A stretch of DNA of 64,000 nt from Vulcanimicrobiota bacterium (GCA_963812155.1 CAWETW010000003.1:1024001-1088000), one strand, 5' to 3'; shown: positions 16,556 through 27,700, counted from the first letter of the stretch. Translations and numbers: made by a program. The notes: generated by a model from the letters alone, not told the origin.

Positions 16556-17787
16556 CCGTCGGCATTTTGGTCGGCGGCGGACCGGCGCCCGGCATCAACG
16601 GCGTCATCGCCTCGGCGACCAGCGAAGCGATTGCGTGCGGGCATCGCGTGCTCGGAATCTACGACGGTTATCGCGATCTCGCGTCAGGCAAGGTGCCCGC
16701 CACGGTGGAGCTTACGATCGACGAGATGTCGCACGTCGCCAACGGCGGCGGCTCGATCCTTCGCACCTCGCGGACGAACCCGGCAGAAAACGACGAGACG
16801 CTGGAGCGATGCGTCGCCGGCCTCCTGCGGCTGGGGATTCGCTATTTGCTGTGCATCGGAGGCGACGACACGACGTTCGGCGCGGCAAAGATTGCGGAGC
16901 GCACCGGCGATCGCATCGGCGTCGCTACCGTGCCGAAGACGATCGACAACGACTTGCCGCTACCCGATAACGCGCCGACCTTTGGTTTCGAAACGGCGCG
17001 CTCGGTCGGCGCGCAGATCATCGAGAGTCTCATCGAAGACGCGCGCACGACGACGCGCTGGTACGTGGTGGTCAGCATGGGGCGCAAGTCGGGGGCGCTG
17101 GCGCTGGGAATGTGCAAGGCGGCGGGCGCGACGCTGGCGGTGATCCCCGAGGAGTTCCCGGCGCAATCCTCGTTGAGCGCCGTCATCGACACGATTACCG
17201 GCGCAATCGTCAAACAGCGGGCGCTCGGGCGCAGCCACGGCGTCGCCGTCGTCGCCGAAGGCATTGCCGAACGCGTATCGGTCGAGGCGTTGGGCGATGC
17301 ACTCGGCGTCGCGGAACGCGATGCATTCGGGCACGTGCGCCTAGCGGACGTGCCGATCGGCACGGTGCTGCGCGACGGCGTGCGCAAGCGTTTGACGGAG
17401 CTGGGACTTCGCTCGACCGTCCTTGCCAAAGACATCGGCTACGAACTGCGTTGCGCGCGGCCGGTGCCGTTCGATCTGGACTACACGCGCACGCTCGGCT
17501 ACGGCGCGGTCCGCTACTTGGTCGAAGGCGGCAGCGGGGCGTTGATCGCGCTGAGCGGCGGGCGCGTAGTGCCGGTGCGTCTCGACGAACTGCTCGATCC
17601 CGAGACCGGCAGAATTCGGACGCGTTTGGTCGACGTGACGACCGAAGCCTATCGCGTGGCGCGCGACAACATGGTGCGTTTGGAGCCCGGCGATCTCGAG
17701 GGCGAAACGTTGGAGCGGCTCGCCAAGCAGACGAATCTCACGCCGCCGGCGTTCGCGGATGCTTTCGCGAAGATCGCTCGCTTGTGA
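16552..17787 (+). CDS. pfp: Pyrophosphate-dependent phosphofructokinase
   Basis: GGGPAPGIN, GGDD (PPi-type), PKTIDND, MGRKSG, GYELRC. Confidence 0.88.
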   Translation: MTVGILVGGGPAPGINGVIASATSEAIACGHRVLGIYDGYRDLASGKVPATVELTIDEMSHVANGGGSILRTSRTNPAENDETLERCVAGLLRLGIRYLLCIGGDDTTFGAAKIAERTGDRIGVATVPKTIDNDLPLPDNAPTFGFETARSVGAQIIESLIEDARTTTRWYVVVSMGRKSGALALGMCKAAGATLAVIPEEFPAQSSLSAVIDTITGAIVKQRALGRSHGVAVVAEGIAERVSVEALGDALGVAERDAFGHVRLADVPIGTVLRDGVRKRLTELGLRSTVLAKDIGYELRCARPVPFDLDYTRTLGYGAVRYLVEGGSGALIALSGGRVVPVRLDELLDPETGRIRTRLVDVTTEAYRVARDNMVRLEPGDLEGETLERLAKQTNLTPPAFADAFAKIARL

Positions 17788-17797
17788 GGGACGCACC

Positions 17798-18595
17798 GTG
17801 GTAATCGTCGCGATGTTCCTCGCCGTGCTGCTCGCGCAAGAGCCGCTTGCGGCGCCCTCGCCGCAGCCGTCGCCGCTCAAGCAGATCATCGAGGTAAAGT
17901 CACGTCCACTGTGCACCACGGTCGGCCGAAACGTGCAGATCGCGCTGGTCGGCCTGATGAAAAACGACGATGTGATCGAATCGGGGCGGCGCGAGTTCGC
18001 CAAGATGGCGTGGGACCAAGCGCAAGGCTCGGGCGCACTTGGCATCGACCGGCTGGCGCTCAAAAACGTCGCGTCGGCGATGGTGCACAATCTCTACGCG
18101 ATCGATCAAGTGCTCGACGATCCCGCCCGCTTTCCGAAAAATCCGTCCACCGGCGACGAGCGGGCCGCCGACCGGATGAAGGCGGCGCTGCAGGCCGTCG
18201 AAGATCGTCAGAAAGCGCAGTTGAACCTCATCGACGGAACCGTAGAAACCGACGAGATGAGCGAGATGCGCCACGACTACGCCGGCTTCAATCCGACGGT
18301 GAACAAACCGAATCAGAGTTCGGTGGCGGCTGCGAGCCCGGCACCGATTACCGACGCAGGAGTCAGCGCCGTTCCCAAAGCGGCGGCAACCATTGCGCCG
18401 CTCACCAGCGGCGGTTCGAGCGGCGGTCCCAACGGCGATGCCGGCGTCTCAGGCACAGCGCCGGCCGCGGCATTCATGCGCGAACTCGAGAACGGCCAGA
18501 CGTCGGACGTTCAACTGGAGAGCGAAGCGTCGGCGATTATCGTGCCGATCGCGCAGGAGTGCCGATCGACTCCGGCCGAGTCGCCGAGTCCGTAA
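17798..18595 (+). CDS. Hypothetical secreted protein
   Basis: Hydrophobic N-terminus followed by APSPQPSPLKQIIEVKSRPLC; followed by a terminator. Confidence 0.7.
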   Translation: MVIVAMFLAVLLAQEPLAAPSPQPSPLKQIIEVKSRPLCTTVGRNVQIALVGLMKNDDVIESGRREFAKMAWDQAQGSGALGIDRLALKNVASAMVHNLYAIDQVLDDPARFPKNPSTGDERAADRMKAALQAVEDRQKAQLNLIDGTVETDEMSEMRHDYAGFNPTVNKPNQSSVAAASPAPITDAGVSAVPKAAATIAPLTSGGSSGGPNGDAGVSGTAPAAAFMRELENGQTSDVQLESEASAIIVPIAQECRSTPAESPSP

Positions 18596-18628
18596 GGATC
18601 GCCCCTGCGGACTCTCCGGCGGATTGAT

Positions 18629-18656
18629 CGCAACGCCGGCGAGCGTTGCGCTTTTC
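18629..18656 (+). terminator. Probable intrinsic terminator
   Basis: CGCAACGC-6 nt-GCGTTGCG stem followed by CTTTT. Confidence 0.55.
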
Positions 18657-18736
18657 ATGGCGGCTACAGAAAAAGGCGGTCGTTTTGTCGCTAGGTAACA
18701 TGGATTCGGTGCCGCCGAAAGGATAGAATTGGCACG

Positions 18737-21700
18737 ATGATGCGATTGACCGCGACCGTTTTGCTCGTTGCCGCGTTCGTGTTCGCGAGCGCGCCGCGTG
18801 CGTGGGCCTCGACCACGGGGACGCTGCGAGGCCGCGTTGTGGAGCCTTCGACGAATGCTCCGGTGCCGGGTGCCACGGTGACGGCGGTGTCGCCCTCGCA
18901 GACGGCGACGACGACCACCGACGGCTCGGGCGCGTTCTCGTTTCTGGCTCTCAATCCCGATACGTACACACTGCGGGTGGAGAAGGCGGGCTATTCGCCG
19001 GCATCGCAGCCGGGTGCGAGCGTGTTTGCGGATCAGGCCAGCACCTTCGTCATCGTGCTCTCGCCCGCGCTCAAGACGATCGGACGCGTGGCGGCGCGGG
19101 GCGCCGGGAGCCTGCTGCACCCCGGCACGACCAGCGACGTGTATTCGGTGAACGCGGCCGGGCAGAAGGCGGCGCAGTCCGTTGCCGGATCGGGGTCGCT
19201 CAACCAGGCTTACGGCGCCATCGCCAGCGTACCGGGCGTCGCAGTACCGTCGGGGCAGCAGGGGTGGTACCAAAGCGTCTACGTCCGCGGCGGCGACTAC
19301 GACCAGGTCGCCTACGAGTTCGACGGCGTGCCGGTCGTCCGGCAATCCGATTTCGCGCCGATCGTCACGCTCTCGGCGCTCGGCCAGCAGGAAGTCCAAA
19401 TTTACACCGGCGGCACGCCCGCGACGTCGAACTCGTCGGGCCTCGCCGGTTACATCAATCAGGTCATCAAGAGCGGAACGAGCCCGGGTTACGCAACGGT
19501 CGACGGCGCGATCGGCGCACCCCAGTTCTACCATTTCATTTCGGCGGAAACCGGCGGCGCGACGCCCGACCGGCTTTTCTCCTACTACGTCGGCCTCGCC
19601 GGAGCCAACCAAACGTATCGCTACGTCGATCAGTTCAACGGCGTCAGCGATCCGCAATACTTCTATCCGCTGTCGGTCGCAACGAACAACGCCGTCTATT
19701 TCGTGCCCGATGGCAGCTGCACGCTCAAGCACGGTCCGAACTCGTGCGTTGGAGATCCGAACTACGGCGCGCTCTATTCGCCGGGTGCGTCGTACTTTCA
19801 AGCCGCCGGCTTCGATCGCGAAACCGTGATGAATTTCCACTTCGGCATTCCGCATCACAACGATGGAGGCAAAGACGACGTGCAGCTGCTGTACGTCACA
19901 GGCAACATCGAGACGCAGTTCTATTCGTCGTACAACGATACCAATGCCGGAGGCGTCTATCCGGGCGGCATTCCCTATCTCGACTCGACGTACTACGGCG
20001 GCGCGCTTGCGAAAGCGCCGAACCCGGCGCGACTTTACACCGGGCGTTTTCCGTATAGCCCGACCGACCGCGTCTACAACAACTCCACGGTGAACGGAAC
20101 GACTACGAATCCGTCGCTGGTAGGGCTCGATCAGCGCGACGGTAATAACGTCGGATTCTCGGTGGAGAAGGTGCAATACCAGCGCAACTTCGACAATCAC
20201 TCGTACCTGCGCGTTCTCGGTTACAGCGAGTTCTCCGATTGGCTCATCAACGGACCCAACGGCGCGCAGTTGGACTTCGCTGCCGATCCGGCCGAATACG
20301 ACGTGCTGGCGTGGATCTACGGGGCCGTCGCGATCTACTCCAATCAACTCGGCTCGAAGAATCTGCTGACGTCGAGCCTTTCATACAACACGCAGACGCT
20401 TGCGACGTACGATGCGGAGTTTGCCAGCGGCGGCCCGAATTCTCGCGGGGCGACGGGTCTCGGCACGGTGCTCTCGAGTTACGTCGGCAACAACGGCGAT
20501 TGTTATAACTTCCGGACGGGCGCGCAGTGGAGCTGCTTCGCCGCCGGGAGCCAAGGCGGCCTATTCTACCAAACGCAGCCGGGATGCCCTCACCCGCAAA
20601 ACTCTCCGTACATTTGCTTGACGCCGAATACGGCGCCGGCCGGTTCGCCGGCGGCCAAAGCCGGCGCGCACTGGATCATGACGGAGAACGGCGACGCCGC
20701 GCAGTTCGACGACGTGCGCCCGATCTTCGGATCGCTCGCGGTCACCGACGTGTGGACGCCCAACGACCGGCTGCTGATCAATCTCGGTGCGCGCGTCGAC
20801 AACTTCGTCTACAAGTTCGACGACACCGTATCCGGATTTCCGGCGCGCGCTTTCTGGTTCAACGCGTTCAACAATGAGAATTGCGGCGCCCCGGCGCAGG
20901 ATCCGGTCTCGCGGTGGAACGGCAGTTCGTTTACCCCATGTCCGGCCGGCTTCAAACCGATGACGGTTCCCGGCGTGGGGCTAGCAAACACCGTGCCGGC
21001 GAGTACCTCGTATTGGACGTTCTCGCCGCGTCTGGCGGGTACGTACACGCTCAATCCGGACAACGTGCTGCGCGCCTCGGCGGGCCGCTACGTTCGCGCC
21101 GCGGCAACGTCGTCGCAGGAAATCAACGACCGTCAGCAAGACCTGCCCGATCAACTGTCGGGATTCTACAAACTCGGATACACGACGCCGTATCACGAGA
21201 ACTTGCCGGACTCGTCGTGGAACTACGACGTCTCCTGGGAGCACCATTTCCACGGCACGAATCTGTCGTTCAAACTTTCGCCGTTCTACCGCGCGACGAG
21301 CAATCAGGTCCAGTATTTCGCGATCGACCCGGCGACCGGCATCGTGTCGGGCGTCAACGTCGGCAAACAGGAGTCCAGCGGCGTCGAGTTGTCGCTGCAA
21401 GGCGGCGATTTCTCGAGGAACGGGCTCTCGTTCTCGCTGTCGTACACGTACACCGACAGCCGCATCAAGTACGCGCCGATCGCCAACGGCGTTTCGGTGC
21501 TCGACAGCCTCAACGCGGCCATCGAGCAATATAACTCGTACACGCGCGGCTGCGCCGGATCGGCGGAGAAGTCGACGATCTGCGGCGGCGGACTCTACGC
21601 CGGCAACTCGCAGTCGGCGTTCAACAATTCCGGCGGCGTGCACGTTTCGAACCCTTACTATAACGGCACGATCGAACCGCTGATCGACCGCAACGGCTGG

Positions 21701-22339
21701 TACACCACCTACGACGTCATTCCGACTGCGTTCAGTTCCGCCAACGGCTTTGCGGTGCCCAACGTCGCGACGCTGCTGGTCAACTACAAGCACAACCGCT
21801 TCACGGTGACGCCGAACCTCACGTATTCATCGGGGTCGTTCTACGGCTCGCCGCTCTCCTGGGGCGGATACGTGCCGCAATCGTGCACCCGCAACCCGGC
21901 GCTCAATCCGGTTGCGCCCGGCGCGAGCTGCAGCGGCTCTTATCAGAATGCGGCCGGCACGACGATCGCGCCGGGCGTGATCTTCCTTCCGGATCCCTAT
22001 ACGCATCAGTTCGACACGCTGGGGGCGCTGCAGCAGCCCTGGCAACTCACGCTCAATCTCCAGGCGAGTTACGAAATCAACTCGCGCGCCACCCTGACGA
22101 TGACCGCGTCGAACCTCTACAACCAGTGCTTCCAGCGCGGCTACGCGTGGGACGATCCGAACATCTGCATGTACTCGAATCTGCCGTCGAACATTTTAGC
22201 GCCGGCGGGAAACTTCATAGCGAACCCGCCGACGCAGCTGAAATTCCCGTACGGTCCGTGGTCGAACCAAAACGAAGTCGGCTATACGGCCGTCAAGCAG
22301 CCCTTCCAGCTGACGTTCGACCTCAACTTCAGATTGTAA
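18737..22339 (+). CDS. TonB-dependent receptor with N-terminal carboxypeptidase-regulatory-like domain
   Basis: Signal peptide, TTGTLRGRV...GATVT, plug-like SVPGV...VYVRGG, NLGARVD, FSPRLA, C-terminal beta-strand; 1200 aa. Confidence 0.88.
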   Translation: MMRLTATVLLVAAFVFASAPRAWASTTGTLRGRVVEPSTNAPVPGATVTAVSPSQTATTTTDGSGAFSFLALNPDTYTLRVEKAGYSPASQPGASVFADQASTFVIVLSPALKTIGRVAARGAGSLLHPGTTSDVYSVNAAGQKAAQSVAGSGSLNQAYGAIASVPGVAVPSGQQGWYQSVYVRGGDYDQVAYEFDGVPVVRQSDFAPIVTLSALGQQEVQIYTGGTPATSNSSGLAGYINQVIKSGTSPGYATVDGAIGAPQFYHFISAETGGATPDRLFSYYVGLAGANQTYRYVDQFNGVSDPQYFYPLSVATNNAVYFVPDGSCTLKHGPNSCVGDPNYGALYSPGASYFQAAGFDRETVMNFHFGIPHHNDGGKDDVQLLYVTGNIETQFYSSYNDTNAGGVYPGGIPYLDSTYYGGALAKAPNPARLYTGRFPYSPTDRVYNNSTVNGTTTNPSLVGLDQRDGNNVGFSVEKVQYQRNFDNHSYLRVLGYSEFSDWLINGPNGAQLDFAADPAEYDVLAWIYGAVAIYSNQLGSKNLLTSSLSYNTQTLATYDAEFASGGPNSRGATGLGTVLSSYVGNNGDCYNFRTGAQWSCFAAGSQGGLFYQTQPGCPHPQNSPYICLTPNTAPAGSPAAKAGAHWIMTENGDAAQFDDVRPIFGSLAVTDVWTPNDRLLINLGARVDNFVYKFDDTVSGFPARAFWFNAFNNENCGAPAQDPVSRWNGSSFTPCPAGFKPMTVPGVGLANTVPASTSYWTFSPRLAGTYTLNPDNVLRASAGRYVRAAATSSQEINDRQQDLPDQLSGFYKLGYTTPYHENLPDSSWNYDVSWEHHFHGTNLSFKLSPFYRATSNQVQYFAIDPATGIVSGVNVGKQESSGVELSLQGGDFSRNGLSFSLSYTYTDSRIKYAPIANGVSVLDSLNAAIEQYNSYTRGCAGSAEKSTICGGGLYAGNSQSAFNNSGGVHVSNPYYNGTIEPLIDRNGWYTTYDVIPTAFSSANGFAVPNVATLLVNYKHNRFTVTPNLTYSSGSFYGSPLSWGGYVPQSCTRNPALNPVAPGASCSGSYQNAAGTTIAPGVIFLPDPYTHQFDTLGALQQPWQLTLNLQASYEINSRATLTMTASNLYNQCFQRGYAWDDPNICMYSNLPSNILAPAGNFIANPPTQLKFPYGPWSNQNEVGYTAVKQPFQLTFDLNFRL

Positions 22340-22345
22340 CCCGTT

Positions 22346-23944
22346 CTAGGGCGTGAAGCGGACGATACGATTGTTGTACGAGTCGGCGACGAAGACGTTT
22401 CCATGTGCGTCGACTGCGACGCCGTAAGGACCGCTGAAGCCCGAACCGATCGCGAGGATCGTCCCGTCCGGTTGGACTTCTTTCACCGCGTTGTTCGAGG
22501 TGTCGGCGATGAAGAGATCGCCCTGTGCGTCGACCGCCAGACCGTTGGGATGGTTAAAGCCCGAGCCGATCGTTGTCGTCGTGCCGCTGGGCGTGACCTT
22601 GACGACTTGATTGGCCATCGTGTTGGAGATGTAGACGTTCTTCGCTGCGTCGACCGCGATGCCGCCGTCGGAATCGAAGACTCCGCCGACCCGCGTGATC
22701 TGTCCGTGGGCGATTTTCTTTGCGACGTTATTGCCGGTGTCGGCAACGTAGACGTTTCCGGCCGCGTCCAGCGCGACGCCTTCGGGCAAGTAGAAGCCCT
22801 TTCCGAGCTTCACGTACTGACCCTTGGGCGGATACATGCGAACCGGTGCGACGCGCATCTCGACGCAGCCGACGAAGACGTCGTCCTTGGCGTCGACCGC
22901 GATACCGAACGGCGTCTTGAGCTCGCTGGCAATTTGTTTCGTGGTTCCGTCGGTGAGGATCTCCACGATAGTTCCGTTATTCGTGTCGGTGACGAAGACG
23001 TTGCCGTTGGGATCGACGGCAACGCTGCGCGGAATATTGAAACCGGTACCGATGACTTTGAGCATTCCCGTTCGCGCGACGACCTTCACCGCGTTGTTGC
23101 GCATGTCGCCGACGTATACGTTTCCGGTGGCATCTACGGCGACGCCGCCCGGCCGTCCGAAGCCGGAGCCGACGACGACGGTCGTGCTGCCCGAGACCTC
23201 GTCGAGGACGTTGTGATTCGTATCCGCCACGAAGATGTTGCCCGTTGCATCGCGAGCGACCGCATCGGGCGCGCTGAAACCGCTACCGACCTGCGTGACC
23301 TGGCCCTTCGGCGAACGTTTGACGACGCGGTTGTTGCCCGTGTCGGCGATGATCACGAAGCCGAGCGTTCCCACCGCGACGCCTTGCGGCGCGCTGAAGT
23401 TCTTTCCGATTTGCGTGATGGTGCCGTCGGTCGTCACTTTCTTAATCGCGTTGTTGCCGGTATCTGCGACGTAAACCGTACCGTCGGTTCCGACGGCGAC
23501 GCCGGCGGGCGCTTTGAATCCCGAGCCGATCGTCGTGATCTTGCCGCCGATGCGGGCGATCTTCTTGACGGCATCGTTGCCGGTATCGGCCACGAACACG
23601 TTTCCGGTTGCGTCAAGCGCAACGCCGTCGGGAGCGCTGAAGCCGGAACCGATCGACGACGTGCGGCCGGACGGCGCGATTTTCTTCACGGCATTGTTGC
23701 CGGCGTCGGCGACGTAGACGTTCCCCGTCGCGTCGACGGCGACGCCGCGCGGCGAGATGAATCCGCTGCCGATGCCGCGCGTGACGTCGTGCGGATGCAT
23801 CGTCCCGGCTGGAGCATAGGCCGCGGCCGCGCCCGGAGGCGTGGGAGCGGAAAGTGAGCCGGGCGAACAAGCGCTCACGGCAAGAGCGGCCCCTAACGCT
23901 GTAAGGCGCAGGGTCCGCTGGGACGCGAAGATTCCGGTGATCAT
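22346..23944 (-). CDS. NHL-repeat double beta-propeller lipoprotein
   Basis: About 12 repeats of IGSGFxxPxGVAVDxxGNV[Y/F]VADTGNNAVK; lipobox VSAC. Confidence 0.88.
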   Translation of the reverse strand: MITGIFASQRTLRLTALGAALAVSACSPGSLSAPTPPGAAAAYAPAGTMHPHDVTRGIGSGFISPRGVAVDATGNVYVADAGNNAVKKIAPSGRTSSIGSGFSAPDGVALDATGNVFVADTGNDAVKKIARIGGKITTIGSGFKAPAGVAVGTDGTVYVADTGNNAIKKVTTDGTITQIGKNFSAPQGVAVGTLGFVIIADTGNNRVVKRSPKGQVTQVGSGFSAPDAVARDATGNIFVADTNHNVLDEVSGSTTVVVGSGFGRPGGVAVDATGNVYVGDMRNNAVKVVARTGMLKVIGTGFNIPRSVAVDPNGNVFVTDTNNGTIVEILTDGTTKQIASELKTPFGIAVDAKDDVFVGCVEMRVAPVRMYPPKGQYVKLGKGFYLPEGVALDAAGNVYVADTGNNVAKKIAHGQITRVGGVFDSDGGIAVDAAKNVYISNTMANQVVKVTPSGTTTTIGSGFNHPNGLAVDAQGDLFIADTSNNAVKEVQPDGTILAIGSGFSGPYGVAVDAHGNVFVADSYNNRIVRFTP

Positions 23945-24017
23945 AATGCGGACACCTCGTAACAGCGTAGTCCGCCGCTTCTGCCCGGTTTGCGGGCAGA
24001 CCTTTGGAGGAGGAAAG

Positions 24018-24368
24018 ATGAAGGCCGAACGGGTCGCATTCGTGATGTATCCCGTCACCGACATGGCGCGCGCCACGGAGTTCTACCGCGGCGTGCTGGG
24101 GTTCGAGCCATCGGGATTGTCCAGCGATTTCTGGGTCGAGTTCGACGTCGGCGGGGTTCCGTTCGGCATCGGCAACTTCGAACAAACCGGTAAGCCGGGT
24201 ACCGCTCAGTCGCTTGCGATCGAGGTGAGCGACATGAGCGCGGCGCGCGCCGACCTTGCGGAGCGCGGGCTCGAGACGACTGAGCCTTTTGAAACGCAGA
24301 TTTGCTATATCTCGATACTGCGCGATCCCGACGGAAATCAAATCGTGCTGCACCAGGCCAAAAAATGA
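24018..24368 (+). CDS. VOC/glyoxalase family protein
   Basis: GGAGG RBS; PVTDMARATEFYRGVLG and RDPDGNQI. Confidence 0.9.
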   Translation: MKAERVAFVMYPVTDMARATEFYRGVLGFEPSGLSSDFWVEFDVGGVPFGIGNFEQTGKPGTAQSLAIEVSDMSAARADLAERGLETTEPFETQICYISILRDPDGNQIVLHQAKK

Positions 24369-24994
24369 CCGTCGTTCGTCCTTCGACTGCGGCGCTTCGC
24401 GCCTCCGCTCAGGATGACACAGTTGCATCGCTTCGCGATGCTTCGCTCAGCCCTTCGACTACGCGTGCTACGCACGCTGCGCTCAGGGTGACACTGATGG
24501 TTGCGTTGCTGTGCGTTTCGGTGGGAGCGGGAGCGAGGCCGGGGGCGCTGGATCTGCTCGACAAACTCGCGGGAACGTGGCAGAGTTCCGGAACGTTCGT
24601 CGACAGCGCGTATAGCAAAGCCGGCACGGCCACGGGCACGACGACCTGCGCCTGGTCGCGCGACCGGTACTTTTTGCTCTGCCAGCAGACGGTGTTGATA
24701 AACGAAAAGCCCGACCACGGCGTCGCGATCTACACCTACGACGACGCAACGAGCGCGTATAAGTTTTACAACGTCGGCATCAATCGCATGGGCAGCACCG
24801 GTATGAGCGTCAACGCCACGTCGATTACCTACGATGGTTCGTTCGACGACGCTGCAAAACACGTGCTGACGCGCACGACCAACGTGTGGGAGTCTCCGCG
24901 GGCATACGCGTGGCGCGCCGAGTATTCGCTCGACGCCGGAAAAACCTGGGTCTTGATGGGCGCGGGAAAATCGCTACTCGCGGTCGACGGGTAA
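24365..24994 (+). CDS. Hypothetical secreted beta-barrel protein (DUF1579-like); N-terminus reads through REP elements
   Basis: ATGA coupling to the VOC gene; LDKLAGTW and EYSLDAGKTW motifs; alternative starts at 24488 and 24497. Confidence 0.65.
   Translation: MTVVRPSTAALRASAQDDTVASLRDASLSPSTTRATHAALRVTLMVALLCVSVGAGARPGALDLLDKLAGTWQSSGTFVDSAYSKAGTATGTTTCAWSRDRYFLLCQQTVLINEKPDHGVAIYTYDDATSAYKFYNVGINRMGSTGMSVNATSITYDGSFDDAAKHVLTRTTNVWESPRAYAWRAEYSLDAGKTWVLMGAGKSLLAVDG
24378..24494. repeat. Tandem REP-like elements (24378-24420 and 24451-24494) with an intervening hairpin unit
   Basis: GTCCTTCGAC...GCTCAGGATGACAC, GCATCGCTTCGCGATGC, CCCTTCGAC...GCTCAGGGTGACAC. Confidence 0.85.
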
Positions 24995-26351
24995 AAACGA
25001 AGGCGGCTGCGCCAAGAAATACTTCTTCGACTTGTCCGACGGAATCGTGGCGAACGAGCGCGGCCTCTGCTTGAAGTTGAAAACGTTGCCGATCGAGGCG
25101 GCGCGGACGTCGGTGGTGCCCATGTTTCCGAGCTTGAAGGTTCCCTCGATGAATTTGAGGATGCTGCCGAACTCGTATTGCGTATGCGAGATTTCGCCGG
25201 CCGGCACGAACGGCGACACGATGATGACGGGCACGCGGAATCCGAGCCCGTAAACCGTCCCGTCGGCGGTCTTGTCGAGTGGCGGCGGCACTTCGTGATC
25301 GTAGAAACCGCCCCAATCGTCCCACAGAATGAAGATCGCGGTCGATTTCCAGTATGTGGACTGGCCGACGGCGTTGACGATCGAGGCGGCCCAGGCCGGG
25401 CCGTTGTCGGGCGCCCTCGAGCCGTTCGGATGGTCGGAGTTGGGCTGTTCGGGGATAACCCACGACAGCGCCGGCAGCGTGCCGCCGGAGATGTCGTTGA
25501 AGATGTTCGTTTCGGGCGTGGAGATGTTGCCCCAATCGGGACCGTGACGCACCGCGTCGATCGCGGCAAAGGCATTCCACAGTGCTCCCGCCGTGTCGTA
25601 CTTATACAGAGGCGCGTAGTATTTCCACGTGACGAGCTTTTTGTCGAGGAGATCGGCGAGCGTACCGGTCGGATAGGCGAGGCACGGAAACGGGCCCTGC
25701 CCTTGCAGATAATCCTTGTGGTAATCCATCACCGATGTGGTCGTCGGCGGCGACTTCGGAGCGTCGCAGCCCCAGCTCTTCCACTCCGATGGATAGTCGA
25801 TGACGCTTTGCGTGGAGTTGATCGCGGTCGTGCCGGCGATCAGATCCTGATGGGCGGTGAAACTGCCGCTGCCCTGCGTCTGGAACATGTGATCGGCGAG
25901 CGCGTACCGCTGCGCCATCGTCCAATACGGCTGAATCTGGGCCGGGTTCACGTATTGATACGCGTACGTGCCGCACGGCGTGCTGCCGTCGATCTTGCAG
26001 AGGTCGAAACCGTTCATCTTGGCGTGGTTGTATTCGGCGTAGTAGGTCTTCCAATCGTGATTGATGTCGAGCGCGCCCGCGAGGGCCTTCATCTTCAAGG
26101 GCTGCGACGTACCGTCGTGCTTCTTACCGCTGGTGGCGCCGTCGGCTCCGGGAAACGTCGCGAACAGGTTGTCGAAGCTGCGGTTCTCCTGGACGATCAG
26201 CACGATGTGCTTGATGTGCAGGCTGCTCGCATCGTCTTGAAGCGTCTGGACCGGCTACCGAGGCGGGCGCAAAAGACGTGCCGGCGCTCGTACCGCCGCA
26301 ACCGGAAACGGAAAGCGCGACGATCGCTGCAAGAAGTGCGACGCGTTTCAC
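24974..26351 (-). CDS. Phosphoesterase (AcpA/PLC family) lipoprotein, copy 2; frameshift near 26252
   Basis: Signal [18 protein letters not shown] lies in another frame from [16 protein letters not shown]; removing one base at 26251-26254 fuses them. Confidence 0.85.
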
Positions 26352-27700
26352 TGGTCGTCGGGTCCTCGCAGATCGACGCGTTCGTTGATGAAATCGGCGG
26401 CACGCATGTTCGTCGGAATCGGAGAGAACGAGCGCGGTGTCTGCGAAAAGTTGAAGCAGTCGCCGGCGGGCGAGTTTGCGCGCCGGTCGGTGGCGGCCAA
26501 GGCCGTCAGATTAAATCGTTGCTCGATGAACTTGAGCATGCTTCCGTGCTCGTATTGCACGTGCGAAACGTACCCCTTCTTGGCGTACGGCGAAATTACG
26601 ATGAGGGGAACGCGAATTCCTAACCCGTCGTAATCTTTCAGCGGCGGCGGAACGTGATCGTACCAGCCACCGTAGTCATCCCAAAAAACGAAAATGGCCG
26701 TAGACTTCCAATACGGTGACTTGCCGATTGCGTTAACGAGCGATGCGACCCAATGGGGACCGTGGTTAGAATCGCAGGTCGCGTGGTCGGAGTTCGCGCA
26801 CGTAGGAGTGACCCAAGTCACCGCCGGCAACTTGCCATTTGCAACGTCTTTGAAGAAGCGGGTCTGCGGCGTGGCGACGTTGGTTTTCCAGTCGGGGCCG
26901 TTGCGGATGTGATCGATGGCCTGGAATGCGTTCCAGATGCCGCTCGACGGGTTGCTCACGCTCGAGGTGTAGTAGCGCCACGAGATGCCGGCGGCGTCGA
27001 GTTCGTCGCCGAGCGTCTGATTGTCGAAACAGGGGGAAATATTCGGCCCGAGCGCTCGCTGCTGCGTGATGGTCGGAATGACGTCGCCGCCTCCCCCCCC
27101 GCATCCCCACACGCTCGACGGAAAGTCTACCGATGAACTCGCTTGGCCCGCAATGATGTACTGATGCGACACGAACGAGCTTGCGTCGAAGTTCGATGCG
27201 AACATCCGGTCGGCGAGCACGTACTGCGACGCCATCGCGACGTACGGCTTGGTTTCCGTGGCGGGAACGTAGCCGTATTGCGAATCCGGCTTGGGGCATT
27301 TCAGAGGGCCGCCGCCAAGCCCGCAACTCGTCGCCTCCTTGTCGAAACCGTCCATCTTGCATTTCGTGCCGGGCAGATTGCCTTGCCCGTCGCAGGCTGC
27401 GAAGTAGCTCGCCGAATCGTGGTCGATGTCCCATGGCGTTTCGAGACCGAAGGGCTTGAGGTCGAGCTTTTGGCCCGTGCTGGTGTATCCGTACGACTGC
27501 GTGTCGGCGCCCGGAAAACCTTGGAACAAATTATCGAAGCTGCGGTTTTCCTGGATGATAATCACGACGTGATCGATCTTATCGATGCCCGGCGGCCTAT
27601 CGGGAGAGACTGCATGCGTCGTTACGCTCGGCGCGATTGCGCTCGACGGCGCAGAACACGCAGCGAGCACGAGAAGCGCCGCTGCACGGAACTTATTCAT
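26348..27700 (-). CDS. Phosphoesterase (AcpA/PLC family) lipoprotein, copy 3
   Basis: LAAC lipobox; [27 protein letters not shown]. Confidence 0.92.
   Translation of the reverse strand: MNKFRAAALLVLAACSAPSSAIAPSVTTHAVSPDRPPGIDKIDHVVIIIQENRSFDNLFQGFPGADTQSYGYTSTGQKLDLKPFGLETPWDIDHDSASYFAACDGQGNLPGTKCKMDGFDKEATSCGLGGGPLKCPKPDSQYGYVPATETKPYVAMASQYVLADRMFASNFDASSFVSHQYIIAGQASSSVDFPSSVWGCGGGGGDVIPTITQQRALGPNISPCFDNQTLGDELDAAGISWRYYTSSVSNPSSGIWNAFQAIDHIRNGPDWKTNVATPQTRFFKDVANGKLPAVTWVTPTCANSDHATCDSNHGPHWVASLVNAIGKSPYWKSTAIFVFWDDYGGWYDHVPPPLKDYDGLGIRVPLIVISPYAKKGYVSHVQYEHGSMLKFIEQRFNLTALAATDRRANSPAGDCFNFSQTPRSFSPIPTNMRAADFINERVDLRGPDDQ

Noticed and set aside
18449..20347. 632-aa antisense ORF, and similar long shadow ORFs (1625-2983, 22403-23857, 25178-26623, 27585-29114, 37579-38967)
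   Set aside because: They lie opposite well-supported genes and have no motifs; long stop-free antisense frames are expected with high-GC codon bias.
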